DNA of 40,936 bases from Actinomycetes bacterium (GCA_031421055.1 JANONY010000064.1:1-40936); one strand, 5' to 3'. Positions 19,381 through 30,919 are shown, counted from the stretch's first letter. A program made the numbers and translations. Notes: generated from the letters alone by a model not told the origin.

Positions 19381-21852
19381 ATGGCTACTCCCTCAGACAC
19401 CCCGGTCGAATCCATCGGTGAGCGCATCGAAGACGTCGATGTCTCGACCGAAATGCAGAGCTCATTTCTCGAGTACGCGTACTCCGTCATCTACTCGCGT
19501 GCGCTTCCTGACGCCCGTGACGGGCTCAAGCCAGTGCAGCGGCGCATCCTGTTTCAGATGTCAGAAATGGGGCTTCGTCCAGACAAGGGGCACGTCAAAT
19601 CGGCTCGCGTCGTTGGCGACGTCATGGGCAAGCTGCATCCGCACGGTGACGCGTCCATCTACGACGCGATGGTTCGCCTCGCCCAGGACTTCATCCTGCG
19701 CGTGCCGCTTATCGACGGGCACGGCAACTTCGGCACTCTCGATGACGGTCCGGCCGCCGCCCGCTATACCGAGACGCGACTCAGTGCCGCCGCCCTAGCT
19801 CTTACCGAGAACCTCGACGAGAACGTCGTCGACTTCGTGCCCAACTACGACAACTCGCTTGAGCAGCCGTCTGTCTTGCCTGCCGCGTTTCCCAACCTCT
19901 TGGTCAATGGGGCCTCCGGCATCGCCGTCGGCATGGCGACCAATATGGCGCCGCACAACCTCATCGAGGTGGTCGGAGCTGCACGCTTTCTGCTGGATAA
20001 CCCACGGGCTTCGCTAGAAGAGCTGATGGCCTTCGTGCCAGGCCCCGACCTGCCGACAGGCGGCACGATCATCGGCCTCGACGGCATCAAAGACGCCTAC
20101 GCGAGCGGTCGCGGCGCCTTCAAGACCCGCGCCCGCGTGTCGGTCGAGGCGATCTCCGCGCGCAAGACCGGACTGGTCGTCACCGAGCTCCCTTACCTCG
20201 TGGGCCCAGAGAAGGTCATCGAGAAGATCAAGGACGGCGTCAACTCGAAGAAGATCAGCGGCATTTCGGATGTGACTGACCTGACCGACCGCAAACACGG
20301 CCTGCGCCTGGTCATCGGCATCAAGACCGGATTCAGCCCAGACGCGGTGCTAGAGCAGCTCTACCGACTGACGCCGCTCGAAGACAGTTTCAGCATCAAC
20401 AATGTCGCACTCGTCAACGGTGGCCCGCGCACGCTTGGGCTTCGCGAACTTCTGCAGGTCTACATCGATCACCGTCTTCAGGTCGTGACTAGGCGCTCGC
20501 AGCACCGGCTCGCTCGCCGTCAGGAGCGGCTGCACCTCGTGCTCGGGCTGCTCATTGCGATTCTCGACATCGACGAGGTGATTCAGGTCATCCGGGGCTC
20601 CGACGACGCTGACGCCGCGCGCCTTCGCCTGCGCGAGGTATTCGATCTGAGCGAGATCCAAGCCGAGTACATTCTTGAGTTGCGGTTGCGGCGCCTGACA
20701 AAATTCAGCCGCATCGAGCTTGAGAAAGAGAAGCAGCAACTCGAGAAAGAGATTGCAGAACTGGAGGCGCTGCTTGGCGACCCGAAGAAGGTGCGCAAGC
20801 TGGTCTCGCGCGAGCTTGACGACGTCGCTGAGCGCTTCGGAACGCCGCGACGCACTCTGCTGACCGAAGCGCGCCCCTCGGTCGCCACGACCGGCTCTGC
20901 TTCGCGCAAGGTCGCACCGGTGCTGGAGATCGCGGATGCGCCATGCCGCGTGTACTTGTCGACGACAGGGCGGGCTATTCGGGTTGACGACAGCGTCGAC
21001 CAGACACGGGATGAGCTCGCCACTCCCCGCGCCCGTCGCCGCACAAAGCACGATGGGATTCGATCGGTGCTCACGACGACCGCGCGCTCAGAGATCGGCG
21101 CCGTGACGAACCTCGGCCGCCTCATTCGCTTCACCGCCGTTGACCTGCCGAACGTTCCAGAGAACTCGATTCAGCTCGCCGCGGGTGCAAAGATCGGCGA
21201 CTATTTGGCGATCGGTAACAAGAAGGAGCGCGTGCTTGCACTTGTTTCGCTCGACTCTGACCAGCCGATTGCCATCGGCACACGCCAGGGCGTGGTCAAA
21301 CGCATCGCGCCAGGCACGTACCCGCCCCGCCCCGAATTCGAGATCATCGCCCTCAAGCCGGGTGACGAAATTGCAGGAGTCTCGCAGGGAAGCGACGCTG
21401 ACGAACTCGTTTTTGTCACATCCGATGCACAACTCCTTCGTTTTGGTGCGGCGCAGGTTCGGCCGCAGGGCCCGTCTGCGGGCGGCATGGCCGGCATCAA
21501 TCTCGGCGCGAAGGCTAGCGTGATCTTCTTCGGCGCCGTCGACCCTGCGGCGGATGTGGTGGTCGCGACTGTCTCGTCGTCGACTTCAACCATCGCCGGT
21601 GCCGACCCCGGTCGCGCAAAGGTCTCAGCGCTTAGCGAGTTCCCGGCGAAGGGCCGCGCTACCGGCGGAGTGCGCGCGCACTCGTTCCTCAAGGGCGAAG
21701 ACGTGCTCGCGCTCGCGTGGGCAGGCACGGCTCCCGCTCTGGCGGTCGGCGCCGACGGCTCACAACGACAGCTGCCAGAGAGCGGCGCCAAGCGCGACGC
21801 CTCTGGCACGCCCGTCGAGAGTCCGATCGGGTCGATCGGCGTCAGCCTCTAG
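19381..21852 (+). CDS. parC: DNA topoisomerase IV subunit A (second GyrA/ParC paralog of actinobacteria)
   Basis: [21 protein letters not shown] and AAARYTE (catalytic Tyr). Degenerate C-terminal pinwheel without a canonical GyrA box. Confidence 0.88.
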   Translation: MATPSDTPVESIGERIEDVDVSTEMQSSFLEYAYSVIYSRALPDARDGLKPVQRRILFQMSEMGLRPDKGHVKSARVVGDVMGKLHPHGDASIYDAMVRLAQDFILRVPLIDGHGNFGTLDDGPAAARYTETRLSAAALALTENLDENVVDFVPNYDNSLEQPSVLPAAFPNLLVNGASGIAVGMATNMAPHNLIEVVGAARFLLDNPRASLEELMAFVPGPDLPTGGTIIGLDGIKDAYASGRGAFKTRARVSVEAISARKTGLVVTELPYLVGPEKVIEKIKDGVNSKKISGISDVTDLTDRKHGLRLVIGIKTGFSPDAVLEQLYRLTPLEDSFSINNVALVNGGPRTLGLRELLQVYIDHRLQVVTRRSQHRLARRQERLHLVLGLLIAILDIDEVIQVIRGSDDADAARLRLREVFDLSEIQAEYILELRLRRLTKFSRIELEKEKQQLEKEIAELEALLGDPKKVRKLVSRELDDVAERFGTPRRTLLTEARPSVATTGSASRKVAPVLEIADAPCRVYLSTTGRAIRVDDSVDQTRDELATPRARRRTKHDGIRSVLTTTARSEIGAVTNLGRLIRFTAVDLPNVPENSIQLAAGAKIGDYLAIGNKKERVLALVSLDSDQPIAIGTRQGVVKRIAPGTYPPRPEFEIIALKPGDEIAGVSQGSDADELVFVTSDAQLLRFGAAQVRPQGPSAGGMAGINLGAKASVIFFGAVDPAADVVVATVSSSTSTIAGADPGRAKVSALSEFPAKGRATGGVRAHSFLKGEDVLALAWAGTAPALAVGADGSQRQLPESGAKRDASGTPVESPIGSIGVSL

Positions 21853-21886
21853 CCCTCGAGTGACCAGCCACGTGCGTTTGCCTGCT

Positions 21887-21964
21887 GAAAACGCAGGAGA
21901 TTTTCGCTCCACGCGCACGAAGCGCATCCCGAGACGCGATTTGGAGAGAAAGTCCTGCGTTTTC
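21887..21964. repeat. 78-bp inverted-repeat element, copy 3 (solo)
   Basis: CTGAAAACGCAGGA (21885-21898), a 54-nt spacer, then TCCTGCGTTTTCAG (21953-21966). Lies between convergent parC and the esterase gene. Confidence 0.92.
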
Positions 21965-21981
21965 AGAGGGTGTGCGGGCTG

Positions 21982-23514
21982 TTATAGGTGCGGAACGAAC
22001 GCTTGCCACGCGACGCGGCGTGAGCCGTGCGGGTCGCTCTCAACGCGCTCGTCGACGTTAATGATCAGCGTCTCGCGCTCGGCGGTCGAATACGTCGGCC
22101 AGTTGTCGCCGACACCACCGTCCCGCGCGAAGCTCAACCAGCGAGCACGCATGCGAGCGCCAGCGCGCTTGAACTCTGAACGCCCGCCCAGCAGTCCCCC
22201 GGCTCTCGCTAGCGCCGTGTCACCGAGGTCGAACACCGCGAACAACTCAAGGCCGTGCGTCGCGTCGAGCCCAATCAGTCGAAGAGCGGGAGTCGCGAGG
22301 TCAAAGCGGTAGAAGTGCACTGGGGAGTGTCGAGCATGTCCCTCGGCGAAGCGAATCGATGGGTACCAGAAGCTGTAGTCGCCGCCAAACTGAGCGGCGG
22401 AGGTGCGCAGCGGCAGCGCCCGGTACTCGTCGAAGAGACGGCGGCGCGCCTGACGCTCGGTGCGCGCGAACACCGCACGGATGCGCGGCCGCGTCGACGC
22501 CAAAAGGTCAAGCCGCCCACGAAACAGGCTTCCCTCGCGGGCGTTGGTTCCAATGATGAGCGGTACCGCGTGGGTGCGACCTTCGGCCGCCGCGTCGAGC
22601 GGGTGCTGCGGGAGCAGGTCTCCATCGATTACCGGAGCGAATGCAATGGTGCCAGGGACGGCATCCGGGGTTCGTTGACGCATGATCGACGCGGCGCGGG
22701 TGAGCGTCGCTGCGTCGGTGGTCGTGAGCAGGTCTGAAGCACTTGCCGTGGTGTTACGGGCCACCTCTCGAATGATCTCGACGTAGTCTGCGCCCCACTG
22801 CGTGGTCAATTCGCTCGGGTAGACGGCGGCAGGGGCAGCGCTCTCTACGATCGCGCGGGTGAACAGGCCGGCCGCGGCGGGCACCGCGAGCATCGTGGTG
22901 ATCGCGGTGGCTCCTGCAGACTCACCGAACAGCGTGATGTTGTCTGGATCGCCTCCAAACTCGCGAATGTTGTCGCGCACCCAGCTCAGCGCAGCGAGTT
23001 GGTCGCGCAGGCCGAGATTGGTGTCAAAGGTGCGCTGCGTGGTTGAAAATCGACTGAAGTCGAGAAAGCCGAGCGCGCCAAGCCGATAGTTGAAGTTGAC
23101 GAACACGACATTGCCTTGACGAACCAGCGCCTCACCGAGCCGCGGAATCTCCCGCGACGAGCCCGCCGTGTATGCACCACCGTGAATGAAGACCATCACC
23201 GGGAGCGCCGCAGCAGCAGGCGTGCGCGGAGCGATCACGTTGATGCTGAGGCAGTCTTCCGACTGGGGCGCGAGCCACGGCGGGGCACCGGGCGCGATGC
23301 GACTTTGGTGCGAGATCGCGCCAAAGCGGCTGACGTCGCGCACGCCGTCCCACGGCGTGACCGGTTGCGGCGCGCGAAAACGCAACGTGCCGACGGGTGC
23401 TGCTGCGTAGGGAATGCCGCGCCAATGCCGGAGGTCACCGGCAACGAAGCCTCGCACCGAGCCGCCCGTCACTTCGGCGAGGATGCCGCTTAAGGCTGCC
23501 CGAGTTGTGCTCAT
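21982..23514 (-). CDS. Carboxylesterase type B (pNB-esterase family)
   Basis: WRGIPYA, SEDCL, HGGAY, NYRLG, FGGDPDNITLFGESAG (catalytic Ser), GTNAREG and ATHGLEL. Confidence 0.93.
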   Translation of the reverse strand: MSTTRAALSGILAEVTGGSVRGFVAGDLRHWRGIPYAAAPVGTLRFRAPQPVTPWDGVRDVSRFGAISHQSRIAPGAPPWLAPQSEDCLSINVIAPRTPAAAALPVMVFIHGGAYTAGSSREIPRLGEALVRQGNVVFVNFNYRLGALGFLDFSRFSTTQRTFDTNLGLRDQLAALSWVRDNIREFGGDPDNITLFGESAGATAITTMLAVPAAAGLFTRAIVESAAPAAVYPSELTTQWGADYVEIIREVARNTTASASDLLTTTDAATLTRAASIMRQRTPDAVPGTIAFAPVIDGDLLPQHPLDAAAEGRTHAVPLIIGTNAREGSLFRGRLDLLASTRPRIRAVFARTERQARRRLFDEYRALPLRTSAAQFGGDYSFWYPSIRFAEGHARHSPVHFYRFDLATPALRLIGLDATHGLELFAVFDLGDTALARAGGLLGGRSEFKRAGARMRARWLSFARDGGVGDNWPTYSTAERETLIINVDERVESDPHGSRRVAWQAFVPHL

Positions 23515-23715
23515 AAAACAACGCTACGTCGCGTAGCTGGGAGTCGGCTATGCGCGCGCTGTGGCCTGTCCGAGATTCGCACGCTCGAGCTGGCGAGTCA
23601 GGCGAGTCAGCCGGTACCCGATCAGTAGCGCGAAAATTCCGAATACCCCAAAAGACGCGTTGCGAGCGGGTAGTGAAGAACGCCACGTGGAAGAAGTAGG
23701 ACACGGGGAGTTCGT

Positions 23716-25797
<2,082 letters not shown>

Positions 25798-26000
25798 GAA
25801 TGAATTCCTTAGCTGTCGTTGGCCCGGCCGTAGGGCAGTTTGAAGCTTATTGAATCGCCGAGGGCGAGCGGGCACCGACACCCCCCGCTTTGGGTTGCTA
25901 CGCGCAGAGCGAAATACCGGGTCACTGCCACACGCTTGTCACACTTGCGTGCTTGGATAGACCAAGAGCTTCTTAGAAGCCACAGGGTGAGGAGTCAACC

Positions 26001-26234
26001 ATGAACCAGATCTCGACAGACGAGACCATCGAAGCAATGGACGACGCCTTCACGCTTACCGCGCTCGATCGCTGCGACAGTTGCGGCGCCCAGGCATATG
26101 TCAAAGCGACCATGTCGAGCGGCGAGTTGCTGTTTTGCGCGCACCATGGCGCGAAGTACAAAGAGAAGCTGGCCTCGACCGCTCTCAACTGGCACGACGA
26201 GTCAGCTCGACTGCTCGAAGACAGCCGCGCCTAG
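26001..26234 (+). CDS. Small conserved actinobacterial zinc-finger-like protein (DUF7455-type)
   Basis: LTALDRCDSCGAQAYV...LLFCAHH, with a GAGGAG RBS. Conserved position next to parE. Confidence 0.8.
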   Translation: MNQISTDETIEAMDDAFTLTALDRCDSCGAQAYVKATMSSGELLFCAHHGAKYKEKLASTALNWHDESARLLEDSRA

Positions 26235-26249
26235 CGGTATAGAACCAGC

Positions 26250-26276
26250 GAAGGGCTCCCCACGCGGGAGCCTTTC
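26250..26276. terminator. Intrinsic terminator hairpin between convergent genes
   Basis: GAAGGGCTCCC-CACGC-GGGAGCCTTTC. Confidence 0.7.
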
Positions 26277-26288
26277 TGTGTGTGTGGG

Positions 26289-27365
26289 CTAGCCGCCAAA
26301 CTGCTGGCACCACCAGTTGCCGTCGGCAACGAAACCGATGCCCATGGCAGTGTACGACGGCTTGAGAATGTTGGCCCGATGTCCAGCGGAATTCATCCAC
26401 GCGTTGAAGACCGACACCGACGAGCCGTAGCCGCGCGCGATATTCTCGCCCCAACGGCTGAATCCGGGCGGAACAGCCGCAGGGCTGTGGGTCATCGCAC
26501 CCTCATCGTGCATTCGCTGTGCGCAGGCCTGCGCCGCTGAGTTGAGCGTGCCGCTGGAGCAGAGCCCCCCGAGCCCGTAGTAGGCGCGGATCTGATTCAC
26601 ACACGTGAGCACGTCGCTTGCGCACACCGGTTCGGGTACCCCAGCAGCCGCAGGACTTCCGGCCCGGATCGTCACTCCACGTCGAGCGGCGGCAGCGGCA
26701 GCCGCGGCAGCGGCAGCGGCGACGGCCGCAGCCTGCGCGGCGTCCACTGTTGCTGCCGAAGCGGTCAGCGCCGTGAACGGCTCAGCAATCGATGCGTGAT
26801 GTTTCGACGCAGACTCAAGCGCGCTCATTGCGTCAACGAGCGCCTGTCGCGAGGCGCCATCGGCAATCGGAGCGGCATCGAGATGAACTTTCGCTGCAGC
26901 AGTCGCCGCGGCGACAAAGACCCCGAATCGCTCGCGCGCACCGGCGATCATCGCCCACTGCGAGTCGAAGAGCTGCTCGAGCTCTGCGCTCGTGGCGTCG
27001 GGTGCTGGTGTGCGAGCAAGGGAACCGCTGACCGAGTCCACGGTGTTTTCTATCGCCGAAACATCGGCAGAGGTAAGCAGCGGGGACGCACTGGCTGCCA
27101 AACCCGCTGCGTCGTCGACGAGCTGCTTTCCATGCGGCTGAAGGCGCTCGATAGCGCCGAGGTAGTAGTCAATGAACTTTTGTTCCAGCGCTTCGGCCGC
27201 CGCTGCCTCGACCCGCGCTTGCTCTTCGGCTGAGGCCTGAGCGCTCACGGCGACTGCCGTTGTTGACCCAACGACGACGAGCACGCCGACGGTAAGTGCG
27301 GCCAGAAGAATTCGGTGTCGCGATGCACGTTGACGCAACGCAGGCACAAGATTGGCAATCGCCAT
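26289..27365 (-). CDS. Membrane-anchored or secreted CAP (SCP) domain protein
   Basis: N-terminal TM helix, Ala-rich helical region, and C-terminal VNQIRA, MTHS, GENIARG, WMNSAGHRANIL and WCQQFG. Confidence 0.88.
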   Translation of the reverse strand: MAIANLVPALRQRASRHRILLAALTVGVLVVVGSTTAVAVSAQASAEEQARVEAAAAEALEQKFIDYYLGAIERLQPHGKQLVDDAAGLAASASPLLTSADVSAIENTVDSVSGSLARTPAPDATSAELEQLFDSQWAMIAGARERFGVFVAAATAAAKVHLDAAPIADGASRQALVDAMSALESASKHHASIAEPFTALTASAATVDAAQAAAVAAAAAAAAAAAARRGVTIRAGSPAAAGVPEPVCASDVLTCVNQIRAYYGLGGLCSSGTLNSAAQACAQRMHDEGAMTHSPAAVPPGFSRWGENIARGYGSSVSVFNAWMNSAGHRANILKPSYTAMGIGFVADGNWWCQQFGG

Positions 27366-27417
27366 GACTTTACCTCCCCCAAGGTATGACTAGTCTGCGA
27401 CCAAGCCGCCGAGAAAG

Positions 27418-27690
27418 CTAGCGTCGAGAAGCCACCCGTTCGACCGGGTGCCAGCGCTTGCGTTCACGGAAGTCATCGAGTCTCGCCTCGTACGCCGCAC
27501 GAGCGAGTTGTTCGTGCGCGAGCACGGGCTCAGAATCTAGATCCAACTGCGTGAGAAGGCTGCGAATGAAGTGCGGGTTCGTGATCAGCAGCGGACCAAT
27601 GAGTGATGTGCCGATGAAGCCGCGTCGTCGCACACCCTCGACGGCGGTAGCGGTGCTTCGCCCGATACCTCGCTCAGCGCCTCGATGCGA
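27418..27690 (-). pseudogene. C-terminal remnant of a GatD/CobQ-like glutamine amidotransferase
   Basis: The frame of ORF 27418-27633 extends upstream as AERGIGRSTATAVEGVRRRGFIGTSLIGPLLITNPHF. This resembles the GatD GxGN...EG...GTYxHGPxLxxNP segment. The N-terminal two-thirds is missing. Confidence 0.65.
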
Positions 27691-27835
27691 TTGCGGGGCG
27701 CCGCACAGCGCCGATGATGCCAGGGTGCACCGCGTGCGCGATGATGCCGGGCACCTGTGTGTGCGCCTGCCCGAACACTGTCAGAACAAGAACCGAGAGT
27801 TTGACAATCCAGATTGTCAGGAGCACGCGCACCAC
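27674..27835 (-). pseudogene. N-terminal remnant of a MurT-like (Mur ligase / DUF1727) protein
   Basis: Manually translated 53-aa ORF starting 8 nt after the sigma-factor stop: VVRVLLTIWIVKLSVLVLTVFGQAHTQVPGIIAHAVHPGIIGAVRRP. It resembles MurT N-termini (K-L...G..T..PG..A....P). Confidence 0.55.
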
Positions 27836-27843
27836 GCGCAGGC

Positions 27844-29373
27844 CTACTCGAGGTAGTCGCGCAGTGACTGCGACCGCGAGGGGTGGCGCAACTTGGCCAT
27901 CGTCTTCGACTCAATCTGGCGGATGCGCTCGCGGGTCACCCCGAACGTGTCGCCGATCTGGTCGAGCGTCTTCGGCATTCCATCGCCAAGCCCGAAGCGC
28001 ATGCGAATGACGCCAGCTTCGCGCTCTGACAGGGAGTCGAGCAGGCTCTCCAACTGCTTCTGCAGCATGGTGAATCCCACTGCATCGGCCGGCACAACCG
28101 CCTCGGTGTCTTCAATCAGGTCACCGAACTCGCTGTCGCCGTCCTCGCCGAGCGGAGTGTGCAGCGAGATCGGCTCGCGACCGTACTTCTGCACCTCGAT
28201 GACCTTCTCTGGCGTCATGTCGAGTTCGCGACTGAGCTCTTCTGGCGTTGGCTCGCGGCCGAGATCCTGAAGCATTTGGCGCTGAACGCGGGCGAGTTTG
28301 TTGATGACCTCGACCATGTGAACGGGAATGCGGATCGTGCGCGCTTGGTCGGCCATTGCCCGGGTGATTGCCTGGCGGATCCACCAGGTTGCGTAGGTCG
28401 AGAACTTGAAGCCCTTCGTGTAGTCGAATTTTTCGACCGCGCGAATGAGACCGAGGTTGCCCTCTTGGATCAGGTCGAGAAACTGCATACCTCGGCCGGT
28501 GTAGCGCTTGGCGAGCGAGACGACGAGGCGCAAGTTCGCACCGAGCAAGTGACTCTTTGCGCGAGCACCGTCTTTCGAGACCCAGATGAGCTCGCGACCA
28601 AGCTGGGACTTCATCTCGGCTTCCGTCATCTGCGAGAGCTTGTCGTCGGCGAAGAGGCCAGCCTCAATGCGCATCGCGAGTTCGACTTCTTCTGCAGCGT
28701 TGAGCAGCGCAACCTTGCCGATTTGCTTGAGGTAGTCCTTCACCGGGTCAGCGGTTGCGCCCGTGATGGCGCTCGAATACACCGGCACTTCGTCTTCGTC
28801 GTCAACGAGTGACAGAACGAGTGCGCCGCTCGGAAGCGTTTCGTCTTTACTGGTCGAACGCTCGTCGTCGGAGTCGTCATCGGCGTCATCGGCGTCCGGA
28901 TCGACCACCTCGGCCGTTTGAAGCTCAACGTCAGCGACAACAATGACGGCTTCGACATCGTCCTCGCCGTCAAGGTCGACGACCTCAATTTCGTCGTCCA
29001 TCGCTTCGCCCGCACTGGCGGACGACTTCGTTGCCCTGGTGGCTTTAACTGGTACGGCCTTCGCAGGCGCTTTGGCCGCGGGGGTCTTACTGGCAGGTGC
29101 CTTCGCGGCTGCGGCCTTGGCGGCTGGCACGGCCTTGGCTGCTGGCACTTTGGCTGCCGGGGTCTTGCTGGCAACTGTCTTTGCGGGCGCGGCCTTCGCG
29201 GGCGCGGCCTTAGCTACGGCCGGCGTCTCTGCGACCGGGGCGGACTGTTCGACCGGCTCAGCGTGCCTGCGCGAGAACACGCCGCGCCTAGCGGTCTTGA
29301 CTGCGACTGTGGAGTCGACACTGACTTCACTCGCACCCGATTCGAGAGTTGGGTTCTTGGTTCGGGATGCCAT
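27844..29373 (-). CDS. sigA: Principal RNA polymerase sigma factor (SigA/HrdB/RpoD)
   Basis: [64 protein letters not shown]. Ala/Lys-rich and acidic N-terminus. ATG at 29373 follows GGAAGG. Confidence 0.95.
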   Translation of the reverse strand: MASRTKNPTLESGASEVSVDSTVAVKTARRGVFSRRHAEPVEQSAPVAETPAVAKAAPAKAAPAKTVASKTPAAKVPAAKAVPAAKAAAAKAPASKTPAAKAPAKAVPVKATRATKSSASAGEAMDDEIEVVDLDGEDDVEAVIVVADVELQTAEVVDPDADDADDDSDDERSTSKDETLPSGALVLSLVDDEDEVPVYSSAITGATADPVKDYLKQIGKVALLNAAEEVELAMRIEAGLFADDKLSQMTEAEMKSQLGRELIWVSKDGARAKSHLLGANLRLVVSLAKRYTGRGMQFLDLIQEGNLGLIRAVEKFDYTKGFKFSTYATWWIRQAITRAMADQARTIRIPVHMVEVINKLARVQRQMLQDLGREPTPEELSRELDMTPEKVIEVQKYGREPISLHTPLGEDGDSEFGDLIEDTEAVVPADAVGFTMLQKQLESLLDSLSEREAGVIRMRFGLGDGMPKTLDQIGDTFGVTRERIRQIESKTMAKLRHPSRSQSLRDYLE

Positions 29374-29418
29374 GGCAACACCTTCCGGATTCTTGCTGGA
29401 GCCGTCTTGTGGACAGCG

Positions 29419-29469
29419 CACGCTTGAGGGCAACACACGCTTTGGGGCAACACACGCTTTTGGGCAACA
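29419..29469. repeat. Three tandem 17-bp repeats in the sigA leader
   Basis: CACGCTTGAGGGCAACA / CACGCTTTGGGGCAACA / CACGCTTTTGGGCAACA. Confidence 0.9.
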
Positions 29470-29587
29470 CAAAGACCCTTGTCAAGTCTTGAGCCACCAG
29501 ATAACTAGTCAAAAAGTGGGCCACGGACTCGACCGGGTCTTAGCTGCAATTATTGCACGCTTTGCCGCTGAGCTTCGCCACAGCTGT

Positions 29588-30919
29588 CTATTTGGACCGG
29601 CCATCACGTCGACGACGCCACGCTCTCATAAGCGAAACCCACAGCGGGGCTACTTCTATTCCTTCGTCAGCGTGCAACTTACGGCGGGTGCGTCGTCGAG
29701 CCAACAACATGAACGCGATGCCGAAACCAACGACGATGTACTGCACGAGGAACGCGATCCGAAACGACTCGAGCGAATAGAGCACCCGCGCATCGCGCGA
29801 TCCGCCAGACAGTGCGTCTAGCACGAGCCCGATCAGCAGCATCATCATCAGGCTCGCCGAGAATCCGCCCACGTTGACAATGCCGCTCGCCGACCCAAGA
29901 CTGCGCGCCGGGTTGAAGGTGCGCGCGAAGTCCAAGCCGATGAGGGAGGCCGGACCGCCGATCGCAATTGCCACGAGCAAAGCAATCACCAGCCACAGCG
30001 GTGGGGCGCCAGGCCAGGCCAGCACAATCGACCAGGCGACTCCCATCGCGATCACGACTCCGAGCACAATGTTGCTCCGACGAAACGGAAAACGAGCGCT
30101 CAAAAGCCCGAGCAGCGGGCCAGCAACCATCGCCGTCACCGTGATGAGGGTGAGCAAACCCGCGGCCATCGACGGGCCATAGCCGAGGCCCACCGAGAGA
30201 AACGGGAAGCCCCAGAGCAGCGTGAACATCGTCGCTGAGGACTGCGAGACAAAGTGCGACCAGAAGCCGAGCTGCGTGCCTGGGCGCGCGAGACTCTCAC
30301 GCAGAGTGTGCAGCGCGGGCGCCCTCAGCGCGATGGGGTCGGTCGGATGCGCCGCATCCGGTGAATTGCGCACAAGTACCAGCAGCAGAACTCCAGCAAG
30401 CACCGAGAGGGATGCGGCACCGAGATAGGCGGGAGTCCACCCGAATGAGTGCAGTACGAACGACAGCGGAATTGCCGAGAGCAATTGCCCGAGCTGTCCG
30501 GTGGTGCCGAGGGCTTGCGCGAGGAACGGCAAGATGCGGCCGCTGAACCAACTCGCGAGCAGACGGCTGGCCGGAAGAAACGTCATCGCATCCCCTGCAC
30601 CAACCAAGACTCGGCCAACGACGGCGATCCACAAGGAGGGTGCGAGTGCGAGTGTTATTTGCCCAGCGACGAGGAGCAGCGCTCCGATGGCCATGATTGT
30701 GCGCGGACCGATGCGATCGAGCATGACTCCGACCGGAATCTGGAGTGCGGCATAGACCAATATCTGCAGAACCGCGAGGCTCGACAGTGCCGCGGCCTGA
30801 ACGTCGAACCGGTCGGTGGCGTCGACTCCAGCAATACCGAGCGATGTGCGCTGCAATACGCCGACTAGGTAGGCAAAAGCACCGACAGAAACGACGAGCC
30901 AGGCGCGTTTCGAATTCAC
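29588..30919 (-). CDS. MFS transporter
   Basis: About 12 hydrophobic segments and motif A GVMLDRIGPR. GTG at 30919 lies 7 nt after TAGGCT. Confidence 0.9.
   Translation of the reverse strand: MNSKRAWLVVSVGAFAYLVGVLQRTSLGIAGVDATDRFDVQAAALSSLAVLQILVYAALQIPVGVMLDRIGPRTIMAIGALLLVAGQITLALAPSLWIAVVGRVLVGAGDAMTFLPASRLLASWFSGRILPFLAQALGTTGQLGQLLSAIPLSFVLHSFGWTPAYLGAASLSVLAGVLLLVLVRNSPDAAHPTDPIALRAPALHTLRESLARPGTQLGFWSHFVSQSSATMFTLLWGFPFLSVGLGYGPSMAAGLLTLITVTAMVAGPLLGLLSARFPFRRSNIVLGVVIAMGVAWSIVLAWPGAPPLWLVIALLVAIAIGGPASLIGLDFARTFNPARSLGSASGIVNVGGFSASLMMMLLIGLVLDALSGGSRDARVLYSLESFRIAFLVQYIVVGFGIAFMLLARRRTRRKLHADEGIEVAPLWVSLMRAWRRRRDGRSK

Noticed and set aside
7618-21964. 78-bp elements as a CRISPR array or integron attC sites
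   Set aside because: They are dispersed inverted doublets, not tandem direct repeats. There are no cas genes, no integron integrase and no RYYYAAC/GTTRRRY ends.
27802-27819. Inverted repeat TGACAATC-CA-GATTGTCA after sigA as a terminator or operator
   Set aside because: AT-rich stem, 2-nt loop and no U-tract. It lies inside the murT-like remnant and no second copy was seen.
29374-29472. N-terminal extensions in the ORF track (sigA, acnA, parE, glnA, DUF4193, MFS, RDD, kinase)
   Set aside because: Downstream starts have SD or leaderless -10 signals or match family N-termini. The extensions run through regulatory DNA.
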